Assembly: GCA_963793265.1 (NCBI GenBank)
Contig: CAWBZI010000001.1
Span: forward strand, 1,632,001 to 1,696,000
DNA: 64,000 nt
Origin: an uncultured cyanobacterium
GTDB lineage: Bacteria > Cyanobacteriota > Cyanobacteriia > Phormidesmidales > Phormidesmidaceae
Reading direction: 5' to 3'
Below are positions 1-10,290 of the stretch, in pieces; the first letter of the stretch is position 1; each line of letters opens with the position of its first letter. A program made the translations under genes and the position numbers. Under the pieces are notes generated by a model. It was not told the DNA's origin and did not search any database. It saw nothing but the letters and a program-made list of their open reading frames with translations.

Positions 1-200
1 CCGTAAGACTCGATATAGTACTCAATGGTCTGCTCGCCGCGAGCCCTGTCCATGTCCATATCAATATTGTAGGCAATCAGCGTTTGGGACTCGGGCAAAG
101 CGTTGTTTGAAATATTTAGAGTGGGGCTACTAATGCCTATCAGCATCAATACACACACTGCCATCTTTGCCGCGTTTTGGACTATTTGAGCGATCGCCAT
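1..200 (-). CDS. N-terminal part of a probably secreted hypothetical protein (runs off the window edge)
   Basis: ATG at 200-198 opens a stop-free frame MAIAQIVQNAAKMAVCVLMLIGISSPTLNISNNALPESQTLIAYNIDMDMD... with a signal-peptide-like hydrophobic stretch; not in the ORF track because it is truncated. Confidence 0.55.
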   Translation of the reverse strand, partial: MAIAQIVQNAAKMAVCVLMLIGISSPTLNISNNALPESQTLIAYNIDMDMDRARGEQTIEYYIESY

Positions 201-356
201 TCTGTCTTGACCTTAATGAAGTTAGCTGTGAATACTCTATGTTTTATATAGTGCGGCTGCATTTATTCCTATCGTGACATAGATAATGCAGAGATCTCGG
301 GTATGCGAATACGCGGGAAGACTTTTTGCAATGACACGATTTCAGGAGGGCGTCTT

Positions 357-1931
357 ATGCGCCGTGTATCTCAGCTAGCGATCGCTGCTCTCATCATCGG
401 TAGCCTTCTACGCTTTGCCAACTTAGAAGGCAAAATTTACTGGCACGACGAAACCTATACGGCTCTATACGCTACCGGGCATGGCCGCGAAGAAGCGCAA
501 GCAGCCCTCTTTGACGGTCAAATCAAATCAGCCAGTGACGTTTTAGCATGGCAAACAGCAGAGCCTAACAACGGCTTAGTTAAAACCTGGCAGCAGCTCG
601 CTGAGGACGATTCCCAACATCCGCCGCTGTATTATCTGCTGACTCGTTTGGCGATGTATGTGACCAGTAATACCGTTGTCGCTACAAGAGTGATTGCAGC
701 GATCGCAGGCATCCTCCTTATCCCCGCAATCTACTGGCTCAGCCTAGAACTCTTTGGCTCAAAACCAGCAACGAGCCTTAGTGCGGCCCTCGTTGCCGTC
801 TCTCCCTTTCAATATTTATACGCTCAAGAAGCGCGTGAATATAGCATGTGGGCCTTAGCGATCGCCCTCACCAGTGCCACGCTCCTAAAAGCACTCCGCA
901 AAAGCAATCCGCTCAACTGGCTGATCTACGCAGCAACGCTAACAGCAGGTCTTTACACTTGCATCCTTACCTTTTTAGTCATTGCCAGCCATAGCCTGTA
1001 CGTCATCTGGCGATCGCTCGTTCTATACAAAGGGAAACGTAGCGCCCATGCCTTTGTAGCGCTTCGCAACTTCACGATCAGCACCATCGCTAGCCTACTG
1101 TTGTTCCTGCCATGGCTAACTATCATCACAAAGATAGACGCCGCAAGTTGGACAGCCAAACCGATGCCGTTTTTGGCATTAGGCAAAATTTGGGCAGGCA
1201 ATATTACCCGACTATTTTTTGATCTCAACTTAGATGCTACCGATCCAATCTTCTACACAGCCATCCCTGTTCTGCTCGCGCTAGGGCTCGTGAGCTATAC
1301 GCTCATTTGGAGCATTCGGCGTATGCCCATATCAGCTTCAGTATTTTTGGGATTACTTGGCGGTGTCACATTACTGGCGTTTGTCGGGCCTGACCTGTTA
1401 TTTGGTGGGCGGCGTTCTAGTGTGAGCCGGTATTTTATTCCTGTGTATCTTTGCTTGCAGATTGCGATCGCCTACCTCCTAGCCCAAAAAATATCAAATA
1501 ACAAAACATCATCCAACCGCAAACAAATTCGCTGGCAAAGAGCCACCGCCGGACTCCTCATCGCAGGCTTAATCTCCTGCCTCGTCAGCATTCCATCAGA
1601 TACCTGGTGGCACAAAAAGAACAGCCACCTTAATCCAGAAGTCGCCCAAACCGTAAACCAAGCGCCTAACTCCCTTCTTATCAGCAGTAATAACAATGCA
1701 AATCTAGGCGAAGTTTTCTCTTTGAGCCACCGACTAAGCCCTGATCAAAAACTACTGCTGTTTGAAGAGCCTAATCTACCCACCATTCCATCAGGCTTCG
1801 AGTCAATCTTCGTTTTTAATATCTCTGCTGATGCCAAAGACCAGCTCAGCCAAACAAACACTTATCAACTAATTCCAGCCTATGAGGAGGGGCGGTTGTG
1901 GAAGATTCAACCCACAGAACCAGCCGTATAA
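357..1931 (+). CDS. Glycosyltransferase family 39 (PMT/ArnT-like) integral membrane protein
   Basis: Multi-TM protein with YWHDE, HPPLYY and YAQEAREY motifs of GT-C/PMT_2 proteins; AGGAGG before ATG at 357 (the ORF track starts at 303). Confidence 0.8.
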   Translation: MRRVSQLAIAALIIGSLLRFANLEGKIYWHDETYTALYATGHGREEAQAALFDGQIKSASDVLAWQTAEPNNGLVKTWQQLAEDDSQHPPLYYLLTRLAMYVTSNTVVATRVIAAIAGILLIPAIYWLSLELFGSKPATSLSAALVAVSPFQYLYAQEAREYSMWALAIALTSATLLKALRKSNPLNWLIYAATLTAGLYTCILTFLVIASHSLYVIWRSLVLYKGKRSAHAFVALRNFTISTIASLLLFLPWLTIITKIDAASWTAKPMPFLALGKIWAGNITRLFFDLNLDATDPIFYTAIPVLLALGLVSYTLIWSIRRMPISASVFLGLLGGVTLLAFVGPDLLFGGRRSSVSRYFIPVYLCLQIAIAYLLAQKISNNKTSSNRKQIRWQRATAGLLIAGLISCLVSIPSDTWWHKKNSHLNPEVAQTVNQAPNSLLISSNNNANLGEVFSLSHRLSPDQKLLLFEEPNLPTIPSGFESIFVFNISADAKDQLSQTNTYQLIPAYEEGRLWKIQPTEPAV

Positions 1932-1980
1932 CCCATCGGCGTGAGGAAGAACAGAAAGATCGTCCCAAAAAATAGACAGC

Positions 1981-2026
1981 AAAAAGCCCCCCGCACGTGC
2001 CTCGTTAAAGGTGGTGCGGGGGGCTT
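1981..2026 (-). terminator. Intrinsic terminator of psbA (possibly bidirectional)
   Basis: AAGCCCCCCGCAC...GTGCGGGGGGCTT stem with an A-run on the + side (U-tail on the - strand), between convergent genes. Confidence 0.8.
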
Positions 2027-2056
2027 CTCGTTTCAATCTATGGAGTAATCAGACGA

Positions 2057-3139
2057 CTACGCAGCAATCGAAGGAGCAGTCAAAGCTACAGGGGCAGCTT
2101 CGCCAGCAGCCAAGTCAAGCGGGAAGTTGTGAGCATTGCGCTCGTGCATCACTTCCATACCCAAGTTGGCACGGTTGAGAACGTCTGCCCAGCTACCAAT
2201 CACACGACCTTGTGAGTCGATGATCGACTGGTTGAAGTTGAACCCGTTCAGGTTGAACGCCATCGTGCTGATGCCCAAAGCGGTAAACCAGATGCCAACT
2301 ACTGGCCATGCACCCAACAAGAAGTGGAGTGAACGGCTGTTGTTGAACGAGGCGTACTGGAAGATTAGACGACCGAAGTAGCCGTGCGCTGCAACGATGT
2401 TGTATGTCTCTTCTTCTTGACCAAACTTGTAGCCGTAGTTCTGTGACTCAGTTTCTGTCGTCTCACGTACCAAGGAAGAGGTTACGAGTGAGCCGTGCAT
2501 TGCTGAGAACAATGAACCACCGAATACACCAGCAACTCCCAACATGTGGAAGGGGTGCATCAAGATGTTGTGCTCTGCTTGGAACACCAACATGAAGTTG
2601 AATGTACCCGAGATACCCAAAGGCATCCCGTCAGAGAACGAACCTTGACCCAAGGGGTAGATCAAGAACACTGCTGTTGCCGCTGCGACTGGCGCAGAGT
2701 AAGCAACACAGATCCAAGGACGCATACCGAGGCGGTAGGATAGCTCCCACTCACGACCCATGTAGCAGAAGACGCCGATGAGGAAGTGGAAGATGACCAG
2801 CTGGTAAGGGCCGCCGTTGTAGAGCCACTCATCAAGAGAAGCTGCTTCCCAGATGGGGTAGAAGTGGAGGCCAATGGCGTTAGATGAAGGTACAACCGCA
2901 CCAGAGATGATGTTGTTGCCGTACATCAATGAACCTGCAACAGGCTCACGGATGCCGTCGATGTCCACAGGAGGAGCAGCGATGAACGCGATTACGAAAC
3001 ATGCGGTAGCAGCGAGTAGTGTAGGAATCATCAAGACGCCGAACCAGCCAACATAGAGGCGGTTCTCGGTGCTTGTGACCCACTGACAAAACTGCTCCCA
3101 CAGAGAGGCGCTTTGGCGCGTCTGTAGTGTAGTAGTCAT
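2057..3139 (-). CDS. psbA: Photosystem II reaction centre protein D1 (Glu130, D1:2-type)
   Basis: 360 aa canonical D1 (MTTTLQ...[15 protein letters not shown]...[13 protein letters not shown]); Mn-cluster ligands D170, E189, H332, E333, D342, A344 present; CYMGREWE gives E130. Confidence 0.99.
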   Translation of the reverse strand: MTTTLQTRQSASLWEQFCQWVTSTENRLYVGWFGVLMIPTLLAATACFVIAFIAAPPVDIDGIREPVAGSLMYGNNIISGAVVPSSNAIGLHFYPIWEAASLDEWLYNGGPYQLVIFHFLIGVFCYMGREWELSYRLGMRPWICVAYSAPVAAATAVFLIYPLGQGSFSDGMPLGISGTFNFMLVFQAEHNILMHPFHMLGVAGVFGGSLFSAMHGSLVTSSLVRETTETESQNYGYKFGQEEETYNIVAAHGYFGRLIFQYASFNNSRSLHFLLGAWPVVGIWFTALGISTMAFNLNGFNFNQSIIDSQGRVIGSWADVLNRANLGMEVMHERNAHNFPLDLAAGEAAPVALTAPSIAA

Positions 3140-3225
3140 GGTTATTATTCCGGTAGTTAGGTACGTATTAATCGACTGCGACCCAAACCTCTAAAAGAAG
3201 GTAGTGTGTCTCAACCGATGTAACT

Positions 3226-3254
3226 ACTATAGCGTTTGTAACAGAATATTACAA
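3226..3254 (-). promoter_or_regulatory. Probable sigma70-type psbA promoter
   Basis: Minus strand reads TTGTAA-17 nt-TATAGT, about 87 nt upstream of the psbA ATG. Confidence 0.6.
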
Positions 3255-3323
3255 GGCTCTCAGGCAACTTATTAGGGATTTACACCTATTGGCGTAGGTC
3301 AAAAGACCCGGAAGTCAATGGAA

Positions 3324-3980
3324 TCAGCGCATAGAGCCCATAGTGCTTTTCCAAGAAAGTTCTTTATACAGCACCTGAAGGGCTCTTTGGTCTGGGCCTG
3401 AGAATAATTCGGTGTCAATTAGCTCAGCTAGTACCTGCTGCGTGAGCTGGGCTGCAAAACCACCACCAGAGCGTAATAGATGACTGTAGTAAGCAAACTG
3501 CGGCTTGCCTTCAGCCGTCCGATGAAAGCTATGAACTTCAGCTTCATCCATCTGACAAACGGGCGTATTAGCAGGCACAACGACGCGTGGAATGCCATGC
3601 AGGCCGTAGCTATGAGAGGCCGTCGCTTCAAGGCTGCCAATGAGGACAACGTTGAGCAGAATGCAGGTGTCTTGAACTAAATCAGGGGTGAAGACTGGGT
3701 CTGGTGCGCTTGTGAGGCGCGGGCCGCTGTTCATAAAAGCTGAGTTGAAAAGCTGTGTATCGTAAACAACACCTACGGCCCAATGTCGGTGGCTATCGAA
3801 CTTTACAAACTGACCGAAGCCGTAGTCATCTATTTGAGGCGGAAAGTCTACATCGTTGCCTGTGTCTAGCTGAACTACATAGTCGCAGTGAGAGTTTGAC
3901 TTTACGACTTTACCTAAGCAGGTAGCCGATGAAGGCTCTGGGACTGAAGGCTGCGGAACGATACGTGAAGAAGAAACCAT
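3324..3980 (-). CDS. Conserved cyanobacterial protein, HAS-barrel-like
   Basis: LGKVVKSNSHCDYVVQ...FGQFVK...AVGVVYD beta-barrel pattern resembling HAS-barrel proteins. Confidence 0.55.
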   Translation of the reverse strand: MVSSSRIVPQPSVPEPSSATCLGKVVKSNSHCDYVVQLDTGNDVDFPPQIDDYGFGQFVKFDSHRHWAVGVVYDTQLFNSAFMNSGPRLTSAPDPVFTPDLVQDTCILLNVVLIGSLEATASHSYGLHGIPRVVVPANTPVCQMDEAEVHSFHRTAEGKPQFAYYSHLLRSGGGFAAQLTQQVLAELIDTELFSGPDQRALQVLYKELSWKSTMGSMR

Positions 3981-4048
3981 AGCGCTACTCGAGTGTCGTG
4001 TCAGGTTGTGGCTTCAGGATATATCAAATAGTGGTACAGATATATTAA

Positions 4049-4079
4049 AAGCGTGAGAATGCAATACACTCTCACGCTT
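4049..4079. terminator. Hairpin downstream of apcD, probable terminator
   Basis: AAGCGTGAGA-loop-TCTCACGCTT with an A-run on the left (U-tail on the - strand). Confidence 0.65.
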
Positions 4080-4160
4080 CTATAAGTCTTATTTTGATAA
4101 AGTTCTAACTTAAATGAAGCCAGCTACGTCTTCAGAAAAACCGTCTTCAATAAGGTCAGC

Positions 4161-4649
4161 CTAAGAAGACATCGCTTGAATGATGTAGTCAAAGTAAGGA
4201 GCCGCTTCAGCCGCGTCTTCTTCACTCATTAGTGGCAAAGAAGCTTGCTTGAGGCAGCGGATTGCTTCCACCATGCCAGGGACAGGGACATCCAGGGCGT
4301 TGTACATTTCGCGGACGCCAATAAGACCGATGCTTTCGATAGGGTCTTTGTCGCCAGCAAGAACGCTGTATGTGATTAGGCGCAGATACCAGCCGTAGTC
4401 ACGGAGGCATAGGGCGCGCTGCTTTTGGCCGTAGGCATTACCGCCTTTGGCGATAAAGTCGGGCCGAAGTTTCCAAAGGGCACCGCTGGCTTGATCGACA
4501 ATTTTCTTTTCGTTATCGGCTAGCGTCTGAGCAATCCGCATTCGCTGATTGCCAGTTTTTAAGAAGTTTTCGATACCTTTGAGTTCGCCGCTAGTGGGGT
4601 AGCGCAACTCATCATCTGCATTGAGGATTACTTGACTGACAACAGACAT
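4161..4649 (-). CDS. apcD: Allophycocyanin-B alpha subunit
   Basis: [24 protein letters not shown]-terminus, [17 protein letters not shown] chromophore Cys motif, monocistronic. Confidence 0.95.
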   Translation of the reverse strand: MSVVSQVILNADDELRYPTSGELKGIENFLKTGNQRMRIAQTLADNEKKIVDQASGALWKLRPDFIAKGGNAYGQKQRALCLRDYGWYLRLITYSVLAGDKDPIESIGLIGVREMYNALDVPVPGMVEAIRCLKQASLPLMSEEDAAEAAPYFDYIIQAMSS

Positions 4650-4944
4650 AGTTTATAAAAGTGCGGTAACTCTACTGAATATTCTACAGTCTAGCGAGTT
4701 CAAGGGCGACAAGGAAAGGACGCCTCCTCTTTTTGAGCGCATTTTTTCTATAAAAGACAAAGGTAAGCGCTGCTAAAGCTTGCCTGAGAAAGAACTTAAG
4801 AAATATTAAGTCACTTAGAATAATTCAGGGCATGCAGAGAGAAACCGGCTGCTCTTGTTTGCACTTAGAGATATTAAGTAGCAAGTAATCCCATGATGCA
4901 CCGGCAAATACGCCATACTGAATAGCTGATTCATAGAAGCAGTC

Positions 4945-6588
4945 ATGCCATCTCCAGTTCCCCCACCAAAAAAGCTACGCACCGCCGCATCTAATGCGCC
5001 TATTCAAAAGCCACAGAAAAGGGCTCCTGAAAAGAAAGCTATAGCTAGCCCTATCCGCCAGTCTAATCCTGGTAGACAGAACTCATCTGATAGCTCACCC
5101 TCAGATGCGCCTGAAGGTGATAAAGCTAAGTCTGCTAGTCAAGAAGCTGTTAGTCAGGATGTATGGCCCAAGGAGCCGCCAGAGGAGAAGTGGCAGCGTG
5201 ACGCCGTGCTGAAGATGACTATCACCGACTTGAGCAATACGGGTGATGGCGTGGGCAGATGGGAAGATCGGGTTGTCTTTGTGCCGAATACGGTGCCAGG
5301 CGATGTGATGCGGGTGAAGATGACTAAGGTGAAAGCGACGCATGGCTTTGGCATACCTGCGGGTATTGTGACGCCTTCGCCTGCACGCGTACGGCCTGCC
5401 TGCATTGTGGCGGACAAGTGTGGGGGGTGTCAGTGGCAGCAGGTGAGCTACGAAAAACAGCTCGAAGCGAAGCATCATCTGGTGGTAGATACGCTGACGC
5501 GGATTGGCAAGCTGACTGTAAAGGGTGTGGGAGGCGGCGTAGGAAACGCTGCAACGGATGGTGCAGGCGGCATTCAGGTTGATCCGGTATTGGCGGCACC
5601 TGAGCAGCTAAACTATCGCAACAAAGCCACCTATCCATTGGGTCTTTCGCAGATTAAGACCGTTCAGGCAGGCTATTACCGTAAAGGCTCACATCGTTTG
5701 GTGAACCTGAATCAGTGCCCTGTTCAAGATAAGAGGCTCGATCCTTTGCTAGCTGAGGTGAAGCTAGATATTCAGGCGCGTGAGTGGAAAATTTATAACG
5801 AAAAGTTTCATAAGGGGCACCTGAAGCATCTGTCGGTGCGGGTGGGGCGGCGAACCGGGCAGATTTTGCTGACGCTGGTGAGTCGGTCGGTGAAGCTAAA
5901 AGGGATTCATGAGCAGGCGGCGCAGTGGATGGAAAAGTTGCCGAATGTCGTTGGGGTGCTGGTGAATTTGAACTGGAAGAAGACGAATGCGATCTTTGGC
6001 CCAGATACTTACTGCATTGCAGGCGAAGACCATTTGGAAGAAGACTTTGCGGGCCTGAGGTTTCATATTCAGCCGACGACCTTTTTTCAGGTGAATACGG
6101 ATCAGGCTGAACGTTTGCTAGAAGAAATTCAAAATGAGCTGGCGCTGACGGGCGAGGAAACGCTGGTAGATGCGTACTGTGGCGTTGGGACGTTTACGCT
6201 GCCGCTGGCTAGAAAGGTTGAACGCTGTATTGGATTGGAATCGTTTACGGAGTCGGTGACGCAGGCTGAGAAGAATGCGGTGCTGAATAATATTGAGAAT
6301 GCGGCGTTTAAGATTGGCGATGTCGCTGAGCTGATACCGCAGTTAGACGTTAAGCCTGACATTGTGATGATGGATCCGCCGCGTAAGGGCTGTGAGCCGG
6401 AGGTGTTAGCGGCCTTGATAGAGCTTAAGCCTGAGCGGATTGTGTATGTGAGCTGTAATCCGGCGACGCTTGCGCGAGACTTAAAGGTGCTGTGTGAGAC
6501 GGGTGGCTACCGGGTTAAGCGGGTACAGCCTGCTGACTTTTTCCCGCAGACATCCCATGTGGAATGTGCCGCCTTTCTGGTAGCTTAG
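4945..6588 (+). CDS. rlmD: 23S rRNA (uracil-1939-C5)-methyltransferase with a long disordered N-terminal extension
   Basis: TRAM domain, CxxxxxCGGC Fe-S motif, FFQVN, DAYCGVG, DPPRKG, YVSCNP, FFPQTSHVE. Confidence 0.93.
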   Translation: MPSPVPPPKKLRTAASNAPIQKPQKRAPEKKAIASPIRQSNPGRQNSSDSSPSDAPEGDKAKSASQEAVSQDVWPKEPPEEKWQRDAVLKMTITDLSNTGDGVGRWEDRVVFVPNTVPGDVMRVKMTKVKATHGFGIPAGIVTPSPARVRPACIVADKCGGCQWQQVSYEKQLEAKHHLVVDTLTRIGKLTVKGVGGGVGNAATDGAGGIQVDPVLAAPEQLNYRNKATYPLGLSQIKTVQAGYYRKGSHRLVNLNQCPVQDKRLDPLLAEVKLDIQAREWKIYNEKFHKGHLKHLSVRVGRRTGQILLTLVSRSVKLKGIHEQAAQWMEKLPNVVGVLVNLNWKKTNAIFGPDTYCIAGEDHLEEDFAGLRFHIQPTTFFQVNTDQAERLLEEIQNELALTGEETLVDAYCGVGTFTLPLARKVERCIGLESFTESVTQAEKNAVLNNIENAAFKIGDVAELIPQLDVKPDIVMMDPPRKGCEPEVLAALIELKPERIVYVSCNPATLARDLKVLCETGGYRVKRVQPADFFPQTSHVECAAFLVA

Positions 6589-6637
6589 TGCTCAAAGATT
6601 AGGGGCGTCTTCTAAAAAGGAGATTCGAGGGAAAGCC

Positions 6638-7693
6638 ATGAAATTTAGCCAGATCGTTCTAGCGTTAGGAGATCAGGTCACGGCGTCGAGCCCAGATGGT
6701 AAAGATGGGAATGCCGTAGGTGAGCTAGAGCTGACGGAATTAGCGGCAATTCAGGAGGCGAGTGCGATCGCCCTAAGCTACGTAGAAGGCCCTAAATTCG
6801 CCCAATATATTGAGACAACCGGGGCCGGGGCGCTGATTTTGCCAGCCAATGAAGCCTTGCAGCAGAAGGCAACGGCGCGATCGCTTCCCTGGATTAGCGT
6901 CAAAAATCCACGCCTCGTTTTTGCCAGAGCGATCGCCCTTTTCTACCAGCCTTTCAGCCAGCCGCCCGGCATTCACCCCAGCGCTGTGATTGATCCAACG
7001 GCTGAGATTGGTAAAGACGTAGCTATTGGCGCGCATGTGGTGATTCAGGCCAATGCGAAGGTAGGCGATCGCGTCTGCATCCATCCCAATGTCACCCTCT
7101 ACCCTGACGTAACGATTGGTACTGGCAGTACCCTTCATGCCAACTGCACGCTTCACGAGCGCACCCAGCTCGGTTCAAACTGTGTAGTTCACAGTGGCGC
7201 GGTTATTGGTGCAGAAGGCTTTGGCTTTGTGCCAACAGCAGAAGGCTGGGAGAAAATGCACCAGTCGGGCCGGTCGGTGCTGGAAGATGGCGTCGAAATT
7301 GGCTGCAACTCCACGGTTGATAGGCCCGCTGTTGGTGAAACCAGAATTGGCAAGAACACTAAAATCGACAATATGGTGCACATTGCCCATGGCTGTCGGG
7401 TTGGAGAAGCCGTGGCAATGGCTGCGCAAGTTGGGATGGCAGGTGGGGTAACGGTTGGGAACCGGGTGATATTAGCCGGGCAGGTGGGGATTGCGAATCA
7501 GGCAGTTGTGGGCGATCGCGTCGTCGCCTCAGCGAAAGCAGGGATTCATCACAATATTGAACCAGGGTTAACGGTTTCTGGAATGCCCGCAATTCCTCAT
7601 CAGCTCTATTTGAGATGCGCTATTTTATTTGGGCGTTTGCCCGAAATGGCAAAGTCGATTAAGCAGCTCCAAAAGAAGATTGGTACTGACTAA
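6638..7693 (+). CDS. lpxD: UDP-3-O-(3-hydroxyacyl)glucosamine N-acyltransferase
   Basis: Hexapeptide repeats, GAEGFGF, KIDNMVHIAHG motif. Confidence 0.95.
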   Translation: MKFSQIVLALGDQVTASSPDGKDGNAVGELELTELAAIQEASAIALSYVEGPKFAQYIETTGAGALILPANEALQQKATARSLPWISVKNPRLVFARAIALFYQPFSQPPGIHPSAVIDPTAEIGKDVAIGAHVVIQANAKVGDRVCIHPNVTLYPDVTIGTGSTLHANCTLHERTQLGSNCVVHSGAVIGAEGFGFVPTAEGWEKMHQSGRSVLEDGVEIGCNSTVDRPAVGETRIGKNTKIDNMVHIAHGCRVGEAVAMAAQVGMAGGVTVGNRVILAGQVGIANQAVVGDRVVASAKAGIHHNIEPGLTVSGMPAIPHQLYLRCAILFGRLPEMAKSIKQLQKKIGTD

Positions 7694-7967
7694 TCAGGTG
7701 CGAGCATTAATCAATACGAATCGCCGCTAGTTCTCTATTAACTTTGCAGACAGTTAATAAAGGGTTACAAATACTGGCAAGAAGCATAGAAGTCGCCTAA
7801 CGTTTTTAACAAAAAATGAACTTATCGATAACTTCTGTAGCGCTCCGTTAACTTAGGCGTACGGGGCAACATGCGGCTGACGGACGTGCTAATTTAATAG
7901 CAAGAAAAACAACTGAATAACAAGCGTTTGATTGCCTTTTGAACGCTCTGAGGAAGGAGTCCTTTCA

Positions 7968-8153
7968 TTGCTGAAAGACTTATCTCTAACTAAGGAGTTT
8001 ACACAAGGGGATCAGGCAGACCAAACGGACTTCATGCGTTTTGCTGGCTCTTGTTTCAACCTTGGGTTTAGACTTTATTATTTTGTAAGGTCGGGCCGAA
8101 TCGAAATGGATATGACAGAAATAGGCCATGCAAGCACTGTAAACACCTTGTAA
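7968..8153 (+). CDS. Candidate small protein (61 aa), hypothetical
   Basis: AGGAAGGAG at 7951-7959, 8 nt before an in-frame TTG; terminator downstream; no recognisable homology. Confidence 0.4.
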   Translation: MLKDLSLTKEFTQGDQADQTDFMRFAGSCFNLGFRLYYFVRSGRIEMDMTEIGHASTVNTL

Positions 8154-8236
8154 ACGACTAGCTTTCAGTTAGCTCTCACAAAATTCGCAAAGCAACGGAG
8201 GATATTAACTGTTCTTTTACGCTGACAAACCCATTT

Positions 8237-8272
8237 AGGGCTGACCACCTCTGGCCAGCCCTTACTCTTTTT
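8237..8272 (+). terminator. Intrinsic terminator
   Basis: AGGGCTGACCA-CCTC-TGGCCAGCCCT followed by TACTCTTTTT. Confidence 0.6.
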
Positions 8273-8306
8273 AAAGCGTTTGTTTTGGGTGTTCATTTTG
8301 GTTGAG

Positions 8307-9164
8307 ATGTTAGAAGAACATAATGCTAGAGAAGCGTGGTTGGCGCTGATTATCGGCAACACTCGGCTTCATTGGGGATGGTTTAATCATGGCGAGCTGA
8401 AAGGCGTTTGGCATACATTTCACGTTACGGGCGAGATTGTAAGTCAGCTTGCAGCAGCAGGGTTTCGGGCGAGCACGTGGCAGACTGTCGCCGGGCTGAC
8501 ATTAGATACAGGGGAATTTCCAGAACAACCCCTTTCACTTTCATCGCTTTGGGTGGCTTCTGCTGTTCCGAAGCAAAGCGACCTATGGGCAGCGTTAGGC
8601 TTGCAGCAGAATGCCCCGGTTCGGACAGTTGAGCGATCGCACATCCCCCTGGCAAACCTCTACCCCACCTTGGGTATCGATCGTGCCATCAACTTACTGG
8701 GCGCTGGGCATCAAGTAGGCTGGCCCGTGCTTGTTATAGATGCCGGTACCGCAGTCACTTTCACTGCCGGGACTCAAGCTGGTTTCTATGGGGGCGCAAT
8801 TTTGCCGGGAGTACGGATGCAAGGTCAGGCATTAGGCCAGAATGCGGCGGCTTTGGAGAGTGCGATCGCTATCAGCAAATCTATCACGACACAATCTTTA
8901 CCCGAGCGCTGGGCTATTAGAACGGATGAGGCGATCGCCAGCGGCCTAATTTACGGCATCCTCGCAATTTTGACTGACTATCTAACCGACTGGCAGCAGC
9001 AATTCCCGACCGGCAAAGCTATCTTCACTGGCGGCGATGGGCCGCTATTACATACCCTTTTAAAGCAGAAAACCCCGGAGATTGTCTCCAGGGTTCAAGT
9101 CGATAGCCTACTGATGTTTTGGGGAATGCAAGCCTATCGCAAAGCGCTTACTCGAGCATTGTAG
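8307..9164 (+). CDS. coaX: Type III pantothenate kinase
   Basis: WLALIIGNTRLHWG, LGIDR, IDAGTA, GGAILPG and TGGDG motifs. Confidence 0.9.
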   Translation: MLEEHNAREAWLALIIGNTRLHWGWFNHGELKGVWHTFHVTGEIVSQLAAAGFRASTWQTVAGLTLDTGEFPEQPLSLSSLWVASAVPKQSDLWAALGLQQNAPVRTVERSHIPLANLYPTLGIDRAINLLGAGHQVGWPVLVIDAGTAVTFTAGTQAGFYGGAILPGVRMQGQALGQNAAALESAIAISKSITTQSLPERWAIRTDEAIASGLIYGILAILTDYLTDWQQQFPTGKAIFTGGDGPLLHTLLKQKTPEIVSRVQVDSLLMFWGMQAYRKALTRAL

Positions 9165-9979
9165 TCAGCCGTGCTGGTGCCAAAAGTTGCCTGCGTTGAT
9201 TCTGACTCATCTAGCCTTTGAAGGGCTTCTACCCGGTTGCGAGCATCGGGGTGAGTGCTCAAAAACTCGGGCTGAGAGCGTCCGCGAACGAGCTTTTGCA
9301 TGAAACTGACCATACCAGACTGATCGTAGCCAGCGCGACCCATAGACTCAAAGCCGTGTACGTCTGCTTCGTATTCATCCGCACGACTTGCTGGAAGCTG
9401 AATGGCGACTTGAGTACCAATGTTAACGAGGCGATCGCGATTCACACCAAAGGCACCCGTAATCCCTTGAGTAATCGCAGCCTTTCGCATTTGCTGCACC
9501 GCATGACGACCGGCAATATGACCAATTTCATGACCAATGACACCTGCTAGCTCAGCCTCATTGTCAGCAGCGGCCATTAATCCTGTGGTGACGTATACGT
9601 AGCCGCCCATTGTGGCAAAAGCGTTTACCGCGTCGTCTTCCACAATTTGGAAAGTGTAGGGAATGTCGGGGCGATCGCTCACAGCCGCCAGCGTTTGGCC
9701 AATGTCGTTGACGTAAGCGTTGAGTCCAGCGTTTTCGTACAGGTCAACCTGACCACTATTAACGAGCTGACTATTGATACCGCTTCCTAAGTCAACTTCT
9801 TGAGCATCACTCATGCTAGAGAGCTGATAAACCTGCAAACCGCCCATCAATAGATCAAACCAACCCGCCTGAGAAGGCTGGGCCGTACCCACGCCAATGC
9901 CCAAAACCAGGGTCATCGACATCAGACCATAGACAAAGCGACGATAGAGCTTGTGCTTGAAGTTCAGCAGATTAGACAT
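9134..9979 (-). CDS. M48 family zinc metalloprotease with signal peptide
   Basis: NAFATMGG, ELAGVIGHEIGH (HExxH), EYEAD, FLSTHP; 3' end overlaps coaX by 31 nt. Confidence 0.9.
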   Translation of the reverse strand: MSNLLNFKHKLYRRFVYGLMSMTLVLGIGVGTAQPSQAGWFDLLMGGLQVYQLSSMSDAQEVDLGSGINSQLVNSGQVDLYENAGLNAYVNDIGQTLAAVSDRPDIPYTFQIVEDDAVNAFATMGGYVYVTTGLMAAADNEAELAGVIGHEIGHIAGRHAVQQMRKAAITQGITGAFGVNRDRLVNIGTQVAIQLPASRADEYEADVHGFESMGRAGYDQSGMVSFMQKLVRGRSQPEFLSTHPDARNRVEALQRLDESESTQATFGTSTADYNARVSALR

Positions 9980-10290
9980 AGTTTGTGAGTGACCTATCAG
10001 TAGCAGCAGTTAATTAAAAAACGCGAAAGCGTGTGATAAAAGGTACATGCGATATACATCAACTTTAGCGAGATTATTTACGGATGTGGCGTAAATTGTG
10101 ACAGTTGCGCGATTGCCGTCCAAATCGCCAGAAGCTTATGTCATCAGTGTCTCTGCCAGTACATTCACTCCCAAAATAGTCTTTTTCTCTTAGAATTGGC
10201 TGAACCGTAGGAATGAAATTCAAACCGTAACGATAGCGTTGAATACTGTGGTTAAATACTGGGGTTAACGTGTTGCTAGTGAGATAGGCG

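Noticed and set aside
3237..3253. Possible NtcA box at the psbA promoter (TGTAACAGAATATTACA)
   Set aside because: The spacing is GTA-N9-TAC rather than N8; it is better explained as part of the -35 and spacer.
2057..4649. Possible far-red light (FaRLiP) or rogue/ChlF locus suggested by psbA near apcD
   Set aside because: D1 keeps all Mn ligands and a standard sequence, apcD looks conventional, and there are no rfpABC or paralogous apc/psa/psb genes nearby.
10033..10112. CRP-like TGTGA half-sites between the M48 and DUF4330 genes
   Set aside because: The second half-sites (GTACA, CGCGA) match TCACA poorly.
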